Positions 10,666-20,322 of a stretch of 64,000 bases of DNA are shown here, piece by piece (position 1 is the first letter of the stretch; each line of letters opens with the position of its first letter). A model generated the notes under the pieces. That model ran no database searches and was not told the DNA's origin. It saw nothing but the letters and a program-made list of their open reading frames with translations. Position numbers and translations under genes: made by a program. The stretch spans positions 96,001 to 160,000 of the forward strand of contig CAWGED010000008.1 in assembly GCA_963821525.1 (NCBI GenBank). The letters are read 5' to 3'. The DNA is from an uncultured Gemmatimonadales bacterium. GTDB lineage: Bacteria; Gemmatimonadota; Gemmatimonadetes; Gemmatimonadales; GWC2-71-9.

Positions 10666-13590
10666 TTGTCCCCGAGCGGACCACGCGGTATCTCATCCGT
10701 AATGCTTGTCATCCTGTCTCTTCTCAGCGCTCTGACCGGCCTCCAGGCCGGGCAGGGGGAATCGCCTCGCGATATAGCGACAGTGGCGCAGCATGCTTTT
10801 GAGCATGACAGCGCCGTCCCGATCGCTTCAGGTTGGGCCGTACGCTTATCGCGCGACTCCTCGGATAGGGCCGCCGCCCTTGGTCTGGCTACCCTCGCGG
10901 CTCTGCGCCACGACTCGCTCGAGGCGCACGAGGCGTATCAACGACTGATCACCACCCTCCCCTCCCGCGACCCCTACCGGATTCAGGCATTGATCGGGCT
11001 GGGGACAGTCGAGCTCTGGAATGTCCCATTCGATACTTCGGCTGCCCGATTCGCCCTGGCAGCCGATCTCGCGGCCCGAACCGGCGATCGCTCCGCACAG
11101 GCAACGGCCCTCGGATTCCTCGGCTTCCTGCAATCCCGTCTCACGGGAATGACCGCCGGACTCGCGATCATGGATTCCGCGGAGCGTGTCACACCGCCCG
11201 GGGATGATGAAGTGCTTGCCTTCGTCGCCTGCACCAAGGCGCCGATCATGAGTTTCGCCGGTCAGGGCGATCCGGAGCACGAGGCGAGGCTTGGGCTTGC
11301 GGCCGCGCACCGTAGCGGCTCACTCAGGATGATCGGGCACTGCTATCACGCGCTGGCCAACGTCCTCATCAACACCGAGACGCAGCCCGAAACCCCGGCA
11401 GCCAATCTTGACAGCGCCATCACGGCCCTGCGCGCCGCGCATGACGGGGCCATGCTATCACTTGCTCTCTTCACCCGGGGATACAACGCCTCGGCCGTAT
11501 TCGACTTTGGTGAGGCGCGACGCTGGCTGTCCGAAGCGGTGGTTGCAGGCGACAGCGTTGGCTGCCGGTTCGCAATTGCCTGGGCAAAGCGGTTTCTCTC
11601 CCTGGTCAGCTGGCAGTTTGGAGACAAACGCTCGTCCGTCGAAGACTTCCTGATTGCCAAGCGGATTTTTACGACGTTGAACGACCGGTTCGCCCTGGGG
11701 AACATCGCGGCGGCCGAGGGCAGTGTCGCACTGGAAATGGGGCGGCTGGATGAGGCTGAGGCCATCTTCCGCCGTGGGCTCGCCAATGCAGAGCGCAGCG
11801 GGTCGGCCGAAGGAGTGCTCTTTTCCCATCATCGCCTGGCGGCGGTGAAGGCCTTCCGCGAAGACTGGGAAGGAGCTCGGGTCGAACTCCTGACGGCCAT
11901 GAAGTACGGCGATAGCCACGGCCATGCCGGCTGGAGCAGTGGGCTGCAGTACCCTCTGGGCCTCGTCTCTTTACGCATGAATGATCTCCCGGAGGCAGAG
12001 CGCTACCTGAAGGGGGCGCTCTCGACCAGCGGATCCGATCAGTACCTGGACCAATACGCCATCAAGACCCGGCTCGCCGAGGTGTACGTTCGCAAGGGCG
12101 ACTTCGCGCGGGCGCTGGATGAGGCGACGACCGCGTCGGATCGCCTCGACGCGTTTCGGGCCGGACTGAGCGACCACGACCTCAGGCTACTGGTCTTCCA
12201 GGCCCGATCGCAATGGGACGAGCCCGATGCGGGACTGGCGACGATCGTGGCCGAGTTGGTCGGCGCAGGCTACGTGCGCGAGGCGTTTCGTCTCGCTGAG
12301 CGAAGGAGAGCCCGCACCCTGACCGACCACATGGTGCAGACCATGGCGCTCTCGGATTCAGCCGGTGGTGGGCCCCGCGCAGAGGCTACGGCGGATCCAG
12401 TCGAGCTCGCGGGCGCCGCGATCGACTCCCAGACCGCACTGCTGGAATACCTCGCGGGACCCCGCGGCCAGCGCACCACACTTTTTGTGGCGACTCCGCT
12501 CCGACTGGCCGGCTACGTCCTGCCGCCGCTCGATTCCCTGGGTCCGGACATTGAGCGATTCACCGCCCTGCTCTCCTCCGGCGACGACGGCAGCAAGCTC
12601 GGCAGTCGACTTCGCGCCGCCTTGCTCGATTCCGCTCTGGCCGGACTTCCAGCCGAGATCCACAGGTTCGTCCTGGTCCCTGATGGTCCCCTGCATCGGC
12701 TGCCGTTCGACGCGTTGATGCTGTCCACCAACGAGCCGGTGGTGACCCGTTACGCCATCACGGTGGCACCCTCCGCTGCAGTGGCGGCCAGGCTGCACGC
12801 ACGTCCCTCGAGCACGCTCCCCCCTCGCGTGCTGGCCATCGCGGATCCTCGATTCGCTTCGGAGAAGAGCGGAGATGAGGAGACCAGCATCTATCGTGCA
12901 GCCTTCACCGCGACCGGCGGGTTGCCCCGGCTTGGAGGTTCTGCCGATGAGGCCAGAGCCGTCAGTCGCTATGGCCGTCGCGCGGTTCTCCGGCTTCGGG
13001 ACGAGGCCAGTGAGGCGTTCCTCAAACAGGCTCCGCTCGACAGCTTCCGCATCATCCATCTTGCGACCCATGCCATCGTCGATGAAGGCACGCTCAGCCG
13101 GACCGCGTTGGCCCTGGCGCCCGGACAGGACGAGGATGGCTTCGTCGGACCTGCGGATCTCGCAAACCTGCGACTGGTTGCGGATGTCGTGGTCCTCTCC
13201 GCTTGCCGCACTGCGGGGGGATGGGTGGTAGGAGGGGAAGGCATCCAGGGGCTGACTGCCCCGCTGCTCGAGGCGGGTGCCCGCTCGGTTCTCGCAACGC
13301 TCTGGCCGATCAAGGACCGCTCGCGAAACACCCTGATCGAACCCTTCTACAGAGGGCTCGCCGATGGTCTTCCCGCGACCGACGCACTGCAGCGCGCGAA
13401 ACTGGAGGCGATCCGGAAGGGCGCGCCTCCGGCAGTATGGGCTTCCTTCACATTGATCGGTGATCCTCTCGCGCGAGTACCGCTGGAGCGGCCGACCAGC
13501 CGGAGTGGTGCGTCTTTGGTTGGGGTCCTGATCGGATTGGTAGTGGTCGCTCTGATTGCGCGCTGGAGGTTCAGGGTGCTGCGGTCTTGA
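10666..13590 (+). CDS. TPR + CHAT (caspase-like) domain protein with N-terminal signal and C-terminal TM
   Basis: TPR-like helices; CHAT motifs LVPDGPLHRLPF, IIHLATHA (His), VVLSACRT (Cys), LATLWPI, WASFTLIG; C-terminal hydrophobic LVGVLIGLVVVALIA. Confidence 0.92.
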   Translation: MSPSGPRGISSVMLVILSLLSALTGLQAGQGESPRDIATVAQHAFEHDSAVPIASGWAVRLSRDSSDRAAALGLATLAALRHDSLEAHEAYQRLITTLPSRDPYRIQALIGLGTVELWNVPFDTSAARFALAADLAARTGDRSAQATALGFLGFLQSRLTGMTAGLAIMDSAERVTPPGDDEVLAFVACTKAPIMSFAGQGDPEHEARLGLAAAHRSGSLRMIGHCYHALANVLINTETQPETPAANLDSAITALRAAHDGAMLSLALFTRGYNASAVFDFGEARRWLSEAVVAGDSVGCRFAIAWAKRFLSLVSWQFGDKRSSVEDFLIAKRIFTTLNDRFALGNIAAAEGSVALEMGRLDEAEAIFRRGLANAERSGSAEGVLFSHHRLAAVKAFREDWEGARVELLTAMKYGDSHGHAGWSSGLQYPLGLVSLRMNDLPEAERYLKGALSTSGSDQYLDQYAIKTRLAEVYVRKGDFARALDEATTASDRLDAFRAGLSDHDLRLLVFQARSQWDEPDAGLATIVAELVGAGYVREAFRLAERRRARTLTDHMVQTMALSDSAGGGPRAEATADPVELAGAAIDSQTALLEYLAGPRGQRTTLFVATPLRLAGYVLPPLDSLGPDIERFTALLSSGDDGSKLGSRLRAALLDSALAGLPAEIHRFVLVPDGPLHRLPFDALMLSTNEPVVTRYAITVAPSAAVAARLHARPSSTLPPRVLAIADPRFASEKSGDEETSIYRAAFTATGGLPRLGGSADEARAVSRYGRRAVLRLRDEASEAFLKQAPLDSFRIIHLATHAIVDEGTLSRTALALAPGQDEDGFVGPADLANLRLVADVVVLSACRTAGGWVVGGEGIQGLTAPLLEAGARSVLATLWPIKDRSRNTLIEPFYRGLADGLPATDALQRAKLEAIRKGAPPAVWASFTLIGDPLARVPLERPTSRSGASLVGVLIGLVVVALIARWRFRVLRS

Positions 13591-14191
13591 AGCGCTGCAG
13601 GGTCGAACGAATGTGCTCCCCGTTGGCGAATTCGGCGACGACGGCCCAGCGATAGTCCGCGCCTGGCTGAAGCGGGGTGTCGGACGGCATGGTCGCGGTC
13701 GTATCGGTGCCCGCGTGCTGCCAGACGAGATCTCCCGAAGGCGTGAGCACCTCGATCCGATACTGCAATACATTCGCAACGGGATGCCACACGAAGGATG
13801 CTGGAGGTACCACTTTGGCGTCCCGCGCCGGGGTCTCCATCGCGATCTGCGCCCCGTCTCCCCTCAGGACGGACTCATCACGCGGCGAGCTGAGCCGCCA
13901 GATCAGCGCGGCTCCGAGAAGCAGCGTCAAGGCAGCTGCGAGAGCGGTCACCCGGGGAAAAGAACGCCGCGGCTCAGCCTTGGCCACCGAACGCAGTAGT
14001 TCGAATTCGGGGAGGCAGTACGGACACCCCATGATGTGGTCGATCCGGCGAAGGCGCTCCTCTTCGGAAATTTCCGGCTGCAACAGCTCCTGCATCGCCT
14101 CTGGTGTGAGGCAGGAGGTCCGATCGGCCTCTCCAGAGGCTCGGATGGCCAGCAAGCGGTCATAGCTTTCCCGCATGCGCTCCTCCTTCAT
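13571..14191 (-). CDS. Putative anti-sigma factor (zf-HC2 zinc finger + TM + extracytoplasmic domain)
   Basis: HIMGCPYC (HxxxCxxC), TM ALAAALTLLLGAALIW; translationally coupled downstream of the ECF sigma. Confidence 0.8.
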   Translation of the reverse strand: MKEERMRESYDRLLAIRASGEADRTSCLTPEAMQELLQPEISEEERLRRIDHIMGCPYCLPEFELLRSVAKAEPRRSFPRVTALAAALTLLLGAALIWRLSSPRDESVLRGDGAQIAMETPARDAKVVPPASFVWHPVANVLQYRIEVLTPSGDLVWQHAGTDTTATMPSDTPLQPGADYRWAVVAEFANGEHIRSTLQRFKTAAP

Positions 14192-14739
14192 GAGTCCACC
14201 TCGGGGCCGATTCCCATGCTGGTGAGCCGTTCCCGCAGGTCCGCCAATCCCCGGTAGAGCAGGTTCCTGGTCTTGGCCTCGGTCCAGCCCAGCAGATCGG
14301 CGATTTCCTCCCGGCCGTACCCCGCCAGGTACATCCGCACGACCGAGCGCCTGGAATCGGCGAGGCGTCCTACCGCTTCACCGATCTGCTCCGCCAGCTC
14401 GGCCCCATCCATGAGTGCCTCGGGTGAGGGCGCTTCCCCCAGGATCGCCTCTCCGGTGACCCGGCTCACCCGAACCGGAGTCTCCCGCCGCGCCCGCCGT
14501 CGTCGGAGGAGGTCCAGGGCTGCAGACGCGGCCGTGCGATATATATAGGACGCAGGAGCTGCCTCGATTTTCTCGCCGTTCTGCAACGCCTTCCAGAGTC
14601 GCACTCGCACCTCCTGCACCAGGTCGTCGACGTCCTTTCCCGCGAGGCCATGCCGAAGCCCCACTCTGCGCACCCGGTCGGCGAACCGGTTGAGCACGGT
14701 TTCGAGCGCCCGGGACTCCGGATCTGTGGGGAAGGTCAC
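14188..14739 (-). CDS. ECF sigma-70 family RNA polymerase sigma factor
   Basis: Region 2 DVDDLVQEVRVRLW; region 4 GYGREEIADLLGW..KTRNLLYRG; probable GTG start at 14739. Confidence 0.9.
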   Translation of the reverse strand: MTFPTDPESRALETVLNRFADRVRRVGLRHGLAGKDVDDLVQEVRVRLWKALQNGEKIEAAPASYIYRTAASAALDLLRRRRARRETPVRVSRVTGEAILGEAPSPEALMDGAELAEQIGEAVGRLADSRRSVVRMYLAGYGREEIADLLGWTEAKTRNLLYRGLADLRERLTSMGIGPEVDS

Positions 14740-14867
14740 AAGCCTGAAGGTACGCCCACCGCATGGCCGCGCAACGTGGATTTGAGCCGTGAGAACGGGG
14801 AGGCGGCCGCTGCGTAGCTCTGATGAGGGGTGCAATGAGGCACCCACTAACCGCACCAGGAGGAAGT

Positions 14868-15017
14868 ATGTCAGCGTCACGCGTCAACGCCCGTCGGCTG
14901 TTCGCCCTGAGCACCATCCTGCTCGGCATGTTGCTGGCTGGTAGTGCCTGCACCAACGACCCGAACGGAGAAACGGGGCAATGCTCTTACAACGGGACCT
15001 CGCACGCCTGCGAGTAG
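14868..15017 (+). CDS. Small (49 aa) lipoprotein-like peptide
   Basis: AGGAGG RBS; MSASRVNARRLFALSTILLGMLLAGSAC lipoprotein-like signal; mature part with two further Cys. Confidence 0.6.
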   Translation: MSASRVNARRLFALSTILLGMLLAGSACTNDPNGETGQCSYNGTSHACE

Positions 15018-15064
15018 CCTGATTGGTGGAGGGGGCGCACGACATCGGTGCGCCCTCAAATCCC

Positions 15065-16135
15065 TCAAGGCCGGTATCGTACGGCGAAAACGCTGTCCCA
15101 GGTCGTTAGCGCTGGCTTAGGCGCGAGAACCGTATCAACCAGGCCCAGGTAGGCGAATGGGATGAGCCCAGTGTTGGTCGGCGGTGGGAACGCGCTGATC
15201 GCGAGATCGGTGAAGGTAATCTGCAGAACGCCGGCGGCACCCGCCTTATCCAGCAGCTCCGCTTGTCGCGCGATGTAGCGCGCCTGCTCGCCTGGAGAAC
15301 TCGTGATCTGCGCCGAAACATTTCGTGATGGCCACCCACCTTCCAGAACAACCTCGGAAAGTTGATTTCCAGTTACCAGGCGGCTGTAGTAATCGTCGGG
15401 GACATCGTCCGGGTCGGCATAGCCGCCAAGGTAGGGATACGAAGAGAGACCGAGCGCATCGAGGAAGGGGAAGTCGGTTCGATCCTGCGCAATGCCAACG
15501 TACGGTCCTCCCTGCAGCTTCCCCCAGGCGACTTCTACCTGGACACTGATCATCAGCCTGGCCGTCGTGGCCTCGGCTCGCCGCTCGGCGGCTGCGTCAT
15601 TCGTCATGGTCACAACGGCGGAATAAAGCGACGCCGGCGCGATCGCCCGAACCAGATTGGTCTCCGCCGCCAGGCTCAGGTATTCCGGCCGGAGAATCGT
15701 GTCCACCGCCGCGACGTACTCGCGGTAGACCTGCTGGATTGCGGGATCGGTAATGCTCTTTCCCAACGCCACCAGCTCCGGATCTTCGGCCGAACGATCG
15801 AGACCGTTGGTAACGTCGAGCGCCACGACGATTACCCGCCCGCCGCCCCGGTAATACTGCACCAGAGGCAGGCGAACCGTCCGTACTTCATCGGGCGCCG
15901 AAGTACCGCCAAGTAGCGTGTTCCAGGGAATCGAGAGCTGGATCAAACCGGCGTCGGCATGCGCCGAGGACATTTGCAAGGTGGGGAGCTGCAGCGCAGG
16001 ATCGTTGCTGGGGGGGATGGCGGAGAAGCCCATGAAGAAAGAGCGGGCCTTCTGGTCAGGTTCGTCCTTGTTGCAGGAAGCGACCAAGGCCAGAAGGGCA
16101 ATTAGGAAGGGAAGCGCAAGGGTTCTCTGCCGCAA
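15065..16135 (-). CDS. Lipoprotein, glycoside-hydrolase-like TIM barrel
   Basis: Lipobox LVASC; AAETN, GLSSYP and LEGGWPS resemble clan GH-A acid/base and nucleophile motifs. Confidence 0.65.
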   Translation of the reverse strand: MRQRTLALPFLIALLALVASCNKDEPDQKARSFFMGFSAIPPSNDPALQLPTLQMSSAHADAGLIQLSIPWNTLLGGTSAPDEVRTVRLPLVQYYRGGGRVIVVALDVTNGLDRSAEDPELVALGKSITDPAIQQVYREYVAAVDTILRPEYLSLAAETNLVRAIAPASLYSAVVTMTNDAAAERRAEATTARLMISVQVEVAWGKLQGGPYVGIAQDRTDFPFLDALGLSSYPYLGGYADPDDVPDDYYSRLVTGNQLSEVVLEGGWPSRNVSAQITSSPGEQARYIARQAELLDKAGAAGVLQITFTDLAISAFPPPTNTGLIPFAYLGLVDTVLAPKPALTTWDSVFAVRYRP

Positions 16136-16841
16136 TCACGTCCCTTTGTTGAGGACGGTTTCGAGCGTCGGCCAGACGTTGCTCGCGATGATGCGATGCC
16201 CCGCCGGCGTCGGATGGACCCCATCTTCCTGATTGAGCGAGTCCACCCCGGCGACGCCTGCCAGCAGAAATGGTACCAGCGGAATGTGATTGGCCCGCGC
16301 CACGGCGGGATAGACGTCGTGAAACGCCTTGGTGTACTGGGCGCCGAGATTGGGGAGCGCTTCCATGCCGAGCAGAATGATACGGGTATCAGGAGCTTGT
16401 TCGTGGACCCGGTTGATGATCGCCTGAATATTGGCTTTCAGCGAGTCGAGGTCTTGACCCCGCAGCCCATCGTTCGCCCCGGTCTCGATCAGCAGGACGG
16501 CGGGCTTTTCCCGCATGACCCAGTCGATCCGGTGCAGCGCTCCCGCCGAGCTTTCTCCACTGACCCCGGCATTGACTACGCGATAGTGCAAGCCCAGGGA
16601 ATCGATTTTCTGCTGAATCAAGGCGGGATAGGCCTGATCCAGCTCCACGCCGCGTCCGGCGGTCAGGCTGGTCCCGAGGAAGAGGATGACGGGTAGGTCG
16701 GACGGGGCGGACGAGGCGGGCGACGAATCGTTTGCGGCACGTTGCGAGTTCGAGGGCACGATCCGAGCCACCGCAACCAGCTAGCGGGAGCACGGCCAAC
16801 GCGAGAAGCCATGAAAGCCGGATGCTTCTAGATTTGAGCAT
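16136..16841 (-). CDS. tesA: Arylesterase / acyl-CoA thioesterase I (SGNH-GDSL), lipoprotein; frameshift near 16750-16770
   Basis: LFLGTSLTAG, NAGVSG, ETGANDG, DGVHP; LAGC signal in the upstream frame; divergent from ybbA. Confidence 0.88.
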
Positions 16842-16910
16842 CGAGTTCTGAGTTCCGAGTTTCTGTTGCGGTATCCTGTTCCCTGTTTCCCATTCCCCGT
16901 TCCCGCGTTC
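16842..16910. repeat. Degenerate heptamer tracts (GAGTTCY)n and (TTCCCYG)n
   Basis: gagttctgagttccgagttt and cctgttccctgtttcccattccccgttccc between divergent genes. Confidence 0.7.
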
Positions 16911-16914
16911 TCGA

Positions 16915-17598
16915 ATGATTCGAGCCGAATCGCTGACCAAGAGTTTCCTCTCGGGCGGTCGCCCGCTCGTGGTAGTAAAGGATATCAGCTTCCAGATCGA
17001 GCCGAAGGCATTTGTTGCCATCGTCGGACCTTCTGGCAGCGGGAAGACGACGCTCCTGGGTCTCCTCGCGGGACTCGACCGTCCGACCGGGGGTCGCGTA
17101 GTTCTGGATGGTCAGGATCTCAACACCCTGGACGAAGATGGACGGGCTCGTTTCCGGAGCGAGCGGGTGGGATTCGTGTTCCAGTCTTTCCATCTGATTC
17201 CGACCCTCACCGCCCAGGAAAACGTCCAGGTCCCGCTGGAATTGCGGGGGGAAGACGCTGAGCAACGGGCGGCAGAGCTTCTACAACGGGTCGGACTCGG
17301 GGGACGGGAACACCATTACCCCTCTCAACTCTCGGGCGGCGAGCAACAGCGAGTGGCGTTGGCCCGGGCCTTCAGCATTCGTCCCCGGATCCTGTTCGCC
17401 GACGAACCCACCGGCAATCTCGACGCAGCCACGGGAGCCCGGGTCATCTCGATCATGACCGAGCTCAACGAGGAGATCGGCACCACGATGGTTCTGGTCA
17501 CCCATGACGCGGACCTCGCGGCCAAGGCCCATCGGGTGATCCGCCTGGCGGATGGAGCGGTGGTGCACGATTCGGGGAACGGAATGCAGGCAGTATGA
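16915..17598 (+). CDS. ABC transporter ATP-binding protein (YbbA-like)
   Basis: GPSGSGKT, LSGGEQQR, FADEPTGNLD. Confidence 0.93.
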   Translation: MIRAESLTKSFLSGGRPLVVVKDISFQIEPKAFVAIVGPSGSGKTTLLGLLAGLDRPTGGRVVLDGQDLNTLDEDGRARFRSERVGFVFQSFHLIPTLTAQENVQVPLELRGEDAEQRAAELLQRVGLGGREHHYPSQLSGGEQQRVALARAFSIRPRILFADEPTGNLDAATGARVISIMTELNEEIGTTMVLVTHDADLAAKAHRVIRLADGAVVHDSGNGMQAV

Positions 17599-20172
17599 CC
17601 ACCCTGAAGTTCGTTCTCAACATGGCCCGGCGAGAGGGACGGGCCGGCGGCCGACGCCTGCTTCTTCTGACCGCGGCAATCTCGGCGGGGGTGGCGGCAC
17701 TCGTAGCGATCGAATCGTTCAGCGAAAACCTTCGAACCGGTATCGCGGAGCAGTCACGGGCCCTGCTCGGCGCCGATGCCCGCATCGCCTCCCGCACTAC
17801 ACCCTCTCAGACAACCACCGAAACGGTGGATTCGATCGCCAGGCAGGGAGGAGCCGGGACGGGTGACGTGGCGAGCGTCACCGGCTTCGCCGGGATGGCC
17901 TACCTCAAGCGCAGCGGCGCGACCCGCATGGTGCGGGTGACGGCCATAGCCGGCGAGTACCCGCTCTACGGCACGGTGCGCACGACTCCGGCCGATCGAT
18001 GGAAGAGCCTCACTACCGATGGGAAGATCGCGCTGGTTGATCCGTCGTTTCTGACCGGGCTTCAAGCCTCGATCGGCGACACCCTCTCGCTGGGGGAAGC
18101 CTGGTTCGTCGTCGCCGGAACGGTGGACAACTTCCCGGGAGACGTCGGCATCGAGAGCGCGTTCGGCCCCCGGGTGTTCATCCCGTCGCGATATCTGGCG
18201 GAGACATCCCTTCTCAGCTTTGGCGCGCGGGCGGAGTACGAGTGGTACTTGAGGTTCCCGGATTCCACGAAGGTCGAGGCCCTCGCCAAGACCTGGCGCA
18301 CCCGGGTCAACCAGCGTCAGCTCTCGCTGCGAACCGCGAGCGACAACGAGGAGAATCTCCGCAGCTCGCTCGATCAACTGGGCCGCTACCTGGGTCTGGT
18401 CGCGCTGATCGCGTTGCTGCTGGGAGGGATCGGCGTGGGAAGCGCGGTGCAGGTCTTCCTGGGCCAGAAGCGGGAGAGCATCGCCGTCCTTCGCTGTCTG
18501 GGAGCGACATCGCGGCAGTTGTTCGCCGTGTACTTGCTCCAGGCGATGATCATGGGTCTGATCGGCAGTGCCGTGGGAGTGGGCCTCGGATTGCTGCTGC
18601 AGCTGGTGCTGCCCCACGTCTTCGGCGAGTTCCTGCCTCTTACGGTTCAGATAAGGCCTTCGCCAAGGGCAGTTCTCACCGGACTGCTGATCGGAGTGTG
18701 GATCTCGACCATCTTTGCGCTGTTGCCTCTGCTCCGGGTGCGCTCGGTTCCACCACTCGAGGTTCTGAGGCGCCCGTACGAGACTGGCCGGCGGGAACGC
18801 GCCGAGTTGTGGACCTGGGTCGCGCGGATCACCCTGGTAGTCAGCACGGTGCTCCTCACGATCTACCAGGTTGGGGAGGTCAGAAAGGGACTCTTCTTCG
18901 CCGGCGCGATCGGCTTCGCGCTGCTCGTCCTGTGGCTTGCAGCGCTGGGGCTCATCCGTGGCGTCCGGCGTTGGTTCCCGCGCAGGCTGCCCTACGTGTG
19001 GCGACAGGGGCTCGCCAATCTCTACCGCCCCGCAAACCAGACCGTGGCCGTCGTCCTGGCACTCGGCTTCGGCGCGTTCCTGCTCGGCGCGCTTGCGCTG
19101 GTGCAGCACAACCTGCTCCGGCAGCTCAACCTCGATGCCGGTCCCGGCAAGCCCAATCTGGTCTTCTTCGACATCCAGCCCGACCAGCGCGAGGGATTGG
19201 CTGATCTGCTCAAGCAGCAAGGACACCCGGCGAGTGCGCCGGTGCCGATCGTTCCGATGCGAATCCGTTCGATCAACGGCCGTCCCGTCGGGGAAATTCT
19301 GGCCGACAGCGCACCCAAGAATCGCGAAGGTGAGCCTATCGAGCGGTGGGCACTCCGCCGGGAGTTCCGTTCGACCTATCGCGATTCGATCGTCCATTCG
19401 GAGAAGGTCGTCGTGGGACTCTGGTGGAACCCGGGGAGCCAGAAAGGACCGGTCTTTCCCATCTCATTGGAGACCGGTGTCGCCAGCGATCTCGGAGTCA
19501 CGGTGCGGGACACGATCGTGTGGGACGTGCAAGGGAGTGAGCATCACGACCAGGATCGCCAACCTGCGGGAAGTAAATTGGGCCCGCTTCGAGCCGAATT
19601 TCTTCGTGGTATTCCCTACCGGCGCTCTCGAAGCGGCACCGCAGAGCTACGTCGTTCTCACCCGGGCATCCACTTCGCTCGAATTAGGGGAGATCCAGCG
19701 GCAAGTAGTGCAACGCTTCTCGAACATCACCTCGATCGACCTGACGACGATTCAGTCGGCGGTCGAGCGGATCGTCTCCAGCGTGGTGCTCGCGGTGCGT
19801 TTCATGGCGCTCTTCAGCCTGGCGACAGGGACCATCGTGCTCATTGGCGCACTCGCGACCAGCCGGTTCCAGCGGGTGAGGGAAGCGGTGCTCCTCAAGA
19901 CCCTCGGCGCCGTTCGCCGCCAGGTCCTTCGAATCATGCTGGCCGAGTATGCCGCCCTCGGCGTGCTCTCGGCTTTCGTGGCGATGGCCCTGGCCTCCGC
20001 CGCAGGGTGGGCCCTCACCAAATACGTCTTCGAGGTTCCCTTCTCCGTTCCCTGGGGCGGCTATCTCGCCCTGGCCCTCGGCATGATCGCGCTGACGCTG
20101 ATTACGGGGATCTGGAACAGCGTCGAGGTGTTTCGGAGGACGCCGCTGGAGGTACTGGGGGATCAGGAGTGA
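17595..20172 (+). CDS. FtsX-like ABC permease (YbbP-like); frameshift near 19535
   Basis: MARREGR, LLGAD, IAVLRCLGA; C-terminal half continues in ORF 18871..20172 (VNWARFEPNFFVVF). Confidence 0.9.
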
Positions 20173-20183
20173 AGGGGGAAGTT

Positions 20184-20271
20184 AAGATTGAAGATTGCAG
20201 ATTGCAGATTGAAGATTGGGCTTGAGCCTAGGCCTTCTCAATCGTCAATCGGCAATCTGCAATCTGCAATC
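20184..20271. repeat. Inverted heptamer element (AGATTGM)n / (CAATCTG)n
   Basis: aagattgaagattgcagattgcagattgaagattg ... caatcgtcaatcggcaatctgcaatctgcaatc. Confidence 0.92.
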
Positions 20272-20322
20272 GCTTCTAGTGTAGACTTCTGCTGCCCCAC
20301 CCCCTACAACCCGAGGATCAGC

